Below are positions 8,317 through 10,266 of a stretch of 10,266 nucleotides of DNA, in pieces (positions within the stretch are counted from its first letter, which is position 1; the number at the start of each line of letters is the position of its first letter). Under the pieces are notes generated by a model that was given only the letters and a program-made list of their open reading frames with translations, was not told the DNA's origin and searched no databases. A program made the translations under genes and the position numbers. The DNA is from Pseudobdellovibrionaceae bacterium (lineage in GTDB: Bacteria; Bdellovibrionota; Bdellovibrionia; Bdellovibrionales; Bdellovibrionaceae). The DNA lies in the NCBI GenBank assembly GCA_041288045.1, contig JBGGMM010000123.1, positions 1 through 10,266 on the forward strand. The letters run 5' to 3'.

Positions 8317-8880
8317 TTATTTCCATTCTAACATTTCTTTCAGATAAAGCTCGCTCTCGATTTCGACTTCGCTGCAAATTTGATTTTGCTCATCGAAAAA
8401 ATGCAGAGTCATCTGATGCCGGCTTTGTTTGCTTTTTGAAAGTTCGGCCCATCTGGCTTCACGAGCCAGATCGCCGAGCTCACCGCGAATTCGCAAATCG
8501 GATTTAGTGAATTTCAAAAATCGTCCTTGAACGTTTTTGATCACAACCTGAAATTCTCCTTCAGGAGCGTTGCGCTTCCAAAGCAATCGATAGGCTTCGA
8601 CCGCCGCGGAAATTTGTACGCCTGGCAGAATTTGGCCGTGCTCATCCAGATTTCGCGCCTTTCTTGGCAGAGTGAGTTCCACTTGAGAGGTGCTGAGAAC
8701 AGAAATCCGAGCACCAAGACTGATAAAGTGAGGCTTCACTAAATCTAACGCAGAGTTTAAGACCTTTTTCGCTGTGGGCGAAGTCACTTGTTCAGCGACG
8801 TCACTGACGACACTCTCTACAAGATCAGTTATCTTGTTGAAGTTCTTATTGAAGTCCCGTTGAAAATCACGCAAATTCAT
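8317..8880 (-). CDS. Hypothetical protein, probable hotdog fold (DUF4442/PaaI-thioesterase-like), with an N-terminal helical extension
   Basis: Pattern '[43 protein letters not shown] [17 protein letters not shown]...[15 protein letters not shown]' resembles DUF4442/PaaI hotdog proteins (recognised by eye). The stop is 1 nt from the liuB ATG. Confidence 0.7.
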   Translation of the reverse strand: MNLRDFQRDFNKNFNKITDLVESVVSDVAEQVTSPTAKKVLNSALDLVKPHFISLGARISVLSTSQVELTLPRKARNLDEHGQILPGVQISAAVEAYRLLWKRNAPEGEFQVVIKNVQGRFLKFTKSDLRIRGELGDLAREARWAELSKSKQSRHQMTLHFFDEQNQICSEVEIESELYLKEMLEWK

Positions 8881-8895
8881 CTCTATAGAACTAAG

Positions 8896-8922
8896 CTGAT
8901 CTTGAGCCTGAATTCAAGTCAG
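8896..8922. promoter_or_regulatory. Imperfect inverted repeat in the 62-bp divergent spacer, candidate operator
   Basis: CTGA(T)CTTGA-gcctgaat-TCAAGTCAG gives 9-bp arms with one bulged base. The core CTTGA-N8-TCAAG spans 8901-8918. Confidence 0.35.
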
Positions 8923-8942
8923 TATGCAGGGGTTTACAATCG

Positions 8943-9440
8943 ATGAAATATATCAGTTTGATTCTTTTCGCAGTGGCTTTGGCTTGGACTTGGAACTTGA
9001 TTCATGACCAGGCCGATATCAGCATCGAGACGCACAATGGCATTCAAGAGAAAGTGGCCGAGCTGATCACTGAAACAATTAAAGCCAAGCGACCGACGGC
9101 CACGGATATTTTGATTGAAAACATTTGGACCGAAGTTCTTTCGGGCGACAGGGTCAAAGCTCATTACCGATACTCTTTCAAAGACAAATCGGAAGAGGGC
9201 GGCTCTTACACTTCGCAAATCAGCGGCGAGCGCATTTTGGAAAGACAGCCTGATGACGGTTCTGGAAACGACCGCTGGGTTTTGAATCAAGCGAGAAATG
9301 CAACGGATTCCATTCAGTTTGACGATGCGACGATTATTTTGGCCGCACCGGATGGATCGACTCCGGTAAGTACCGAAACAGAAACTCCAGCCGAAACACC
9401 AGCCACTCCAGAGTCACATGCTCCAAAAGAGACTCATTGA
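8943..9440 (+). CDS. Hypothetical membrane-anchored or exported protein, 165 aa, with a Pro/Thr/Glu/Ala-rich tail
   Basis: N-terminal 'MKYISLILFAVALAWTW' is a signal peptide or anchor. It is followed by an alpha+beta-looking core and a low-complexity tail. AGGGG lies 10 nt before the ATG, and the stop forms a TGATG overlap with the next CDS. Confidence 0.85.
   Translation: MKYISLILFAVALAWTWNLIHDQADISIETHNGIQEKVAELITETIKAKRPTATDILIENIWTEVLSGDRVKAHYRYSFKDKSEEGGSYTSQISGERILERQPDDGSGNDRWVLNQARNATDSIQFDDATIILAAPDGSTPVSTETETPAETPATPESHAPKETH
9381..9410 (+). repeat. Short coding tandem repeat (ETPA-ETPA-TP)
   Basis: GAAACTCCAGCC GAAACACCAGCC ACTCCA: two 12-nt units matching at 11 of 12 positions, plus a partial copy. 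Confidence 0.6.
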
Positions 9441-10266
9441 TGTTACCCTCTCACACAGTCGCCATTGATGAAGAAGGCTTTCCTCTCTTTGGCGAATTGC
9501 GAGTCACCGACCCTCAAGTCGCAGTCGAAATCCTCAGTCAAATCCGCTTTGCTGAAAATGGCGCTTTTCTGACAACACTGAAAGGCGACGAAGTCATCGT
9601 TGAAGCTTTCGACGATCCTTATGTTGCGGCTCAAGTTCTGAAGCTCGAAGCTGGTTGGCGGATTCTTTTGCCTTACGGGCTGGAAATGCCTTTTGATCTC
9701 AAAAGCCTCACACTGGATGAGTGGGACCGCTTTCATGGCAAAGCCCAAAACGGAATCCCTTTTGTGTTCTCAAGAAAAGCTCAAGCTGAATTTTTCAATC
9801 TGGTCGACGAATTTGATGACGAATCCATCACCGTTGACGATGAAATTTATGAGCTCCCGACTTGGCTTCCCAGTGCAGAGGAAGTTCGAAAGGGAGATTA
9901 CTGGTCACATATTTATCAAACCGAAACTCCCAGGTGGGAACTCAACGAGGCGGCTCCGGCTCTGAAGGATATGCTGCCACGATTGAAGCTTCCGAAATCA
10001 AGAATTCTTGTTTTGGGTTGCGGCAGTGGCAATGATGCTGCCTTTTTTGCCGAACAAGGACATGTGGTCACGGCAGTCGATATTTCGGCTGAAGCCTTAG
10101 ACCAAGCCAAGAAAAAATACGAACAATACAAAAACATCACCTGGATCCAATCCGATCTTTTCAAAATCGGCCACGACCAAGACGGATCCTACGATTTGAT
10201 TTTCGAACACACCTGCTACTGCGCCATCGACCCACAAAAACGAAACGACCTGGTCGCCCTCTGGCG
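9440..10266 (+). CDS. Class I SAM-dependent methyltransferase (TPMT / halide-thiol methyltransferase-like) with an extra N-terminal domain of about 150 aa; 3' end beyond the window
   Basis: Translated by hand from ATG 9440 with no stop to the window end: MLPSHTVAIDEEGFPLFGELRVTD...DYWSHIYQTETPRWELNEAAPAL...RILVLGCGSGNDAAFFAEQGHVVTAVDISAEAL...SDLF...YDLIFEHTCYCAIDPQKRNDLVALW. SAM motif I is near 10004-10035. It is missing from the ORF track, presumably because it has no stop in the window. Confidence 0.92.
   Translation, partial: MLPSHTVAIDEEGFPLFGELRVTDPQVAVEILSQIRFAENGAFLTTLKGDEVIVEAFDDPYVAAQVLKLEAGWRILLPYGLEMPFDLKSLTLDEWDRFHGKAQNGIPFVFSRKAQAEFFNLVDEFDDESITVDDEIYELPTWLPSAEEVRKGDYWSHIYQTETPRWELNEAAPALKDMLPRLKLPKSRILVLGCGSGNDAAFFAEQGHVVTAVDISAEALDQAKKKYEQYKNITWIQSDLFKIGHDQDGSYDLIFEHTCYCAIDPQKRNDLVALW

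Noticed and set aside
3220..8742. Antisense or alternate-frame ORFs over the liu and hotdog genes, including 7026..7664 (212 aa) and 3242..3772 (176 aa)
   Set aside because: They are overlapped by strongly supported genes, and their composition fits reverse-complement codon bias.
8913..8940. Plus-strand sigma70 promoter TTCAAG-N16-TACAAT
   Set aside because: The -10 element ends 2 nt before the ATG at 8943, which would put the transcription start inside the gene.
8934..10164. ORFs 8934..9290 (-), 9443..9748 (-), 9693..9965 (+) and 9916..10164 (-)
   Set aside because: They are shadows of the 8943..9440 gene and of the 9440-onward methyltransferase frame, which has clear motifs and a TGATG-coupled start.
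1..10266. CRISPR arrays, tRNA/rRNA/ncRNA, IS elements, defence or phage genes
   Set aside because: The window is almost entirely coding, the largest spacer is 62 bp, and I saw no repeat-spacer pattern or transposase/integrase motifs.

Overview
Compact bacterial genomic window with no RNA genes, CRISPR arrays or mobile elements visible. The minus strand (8880 to 34) carries one apparently translationally coupled seven-gene unit. In order it encodes a hotdog-fold (DUF4442/PaaI-like) protein, 3-methylcrotonyl-CoA carboxylase (MCC) beta subunit (liuB), methylglutaconyl-CoA hydratase (liuC), an MCC alpha subunit split into a biotin carboxylase gene and a small biotin-carrier gene, HMG-CoA lyase (liuE), and an AcrB-family RND permease with no adaptor gene ahead of it. 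A 62-bp divergent spacer with an imperfect inverted repeat separates this from two coupled plus-strand genes. The first is a membrane-anchored or exported hypothetical protein. The second is a CDS absent from the ORF track (9440 to window end) that fuses a roughly 150-aa unknown domain to a TPMT/halide-thiol methyltransferase-like domain. The proteins give an impression of Bdellovibrionota, which is unverified. The core is ordinary leucine/isovalerate catabolism. The items most worth a second look are the split MCC alpha subunit, the hotdog and RND genes flanking the liu genes in the absence of liuA, and the methyltransferase fusion. I see no clear evidence of a wholly new system; the system-level ideas below are hypotheses. 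All family assignments come from motif recognition by eye, not database searches.
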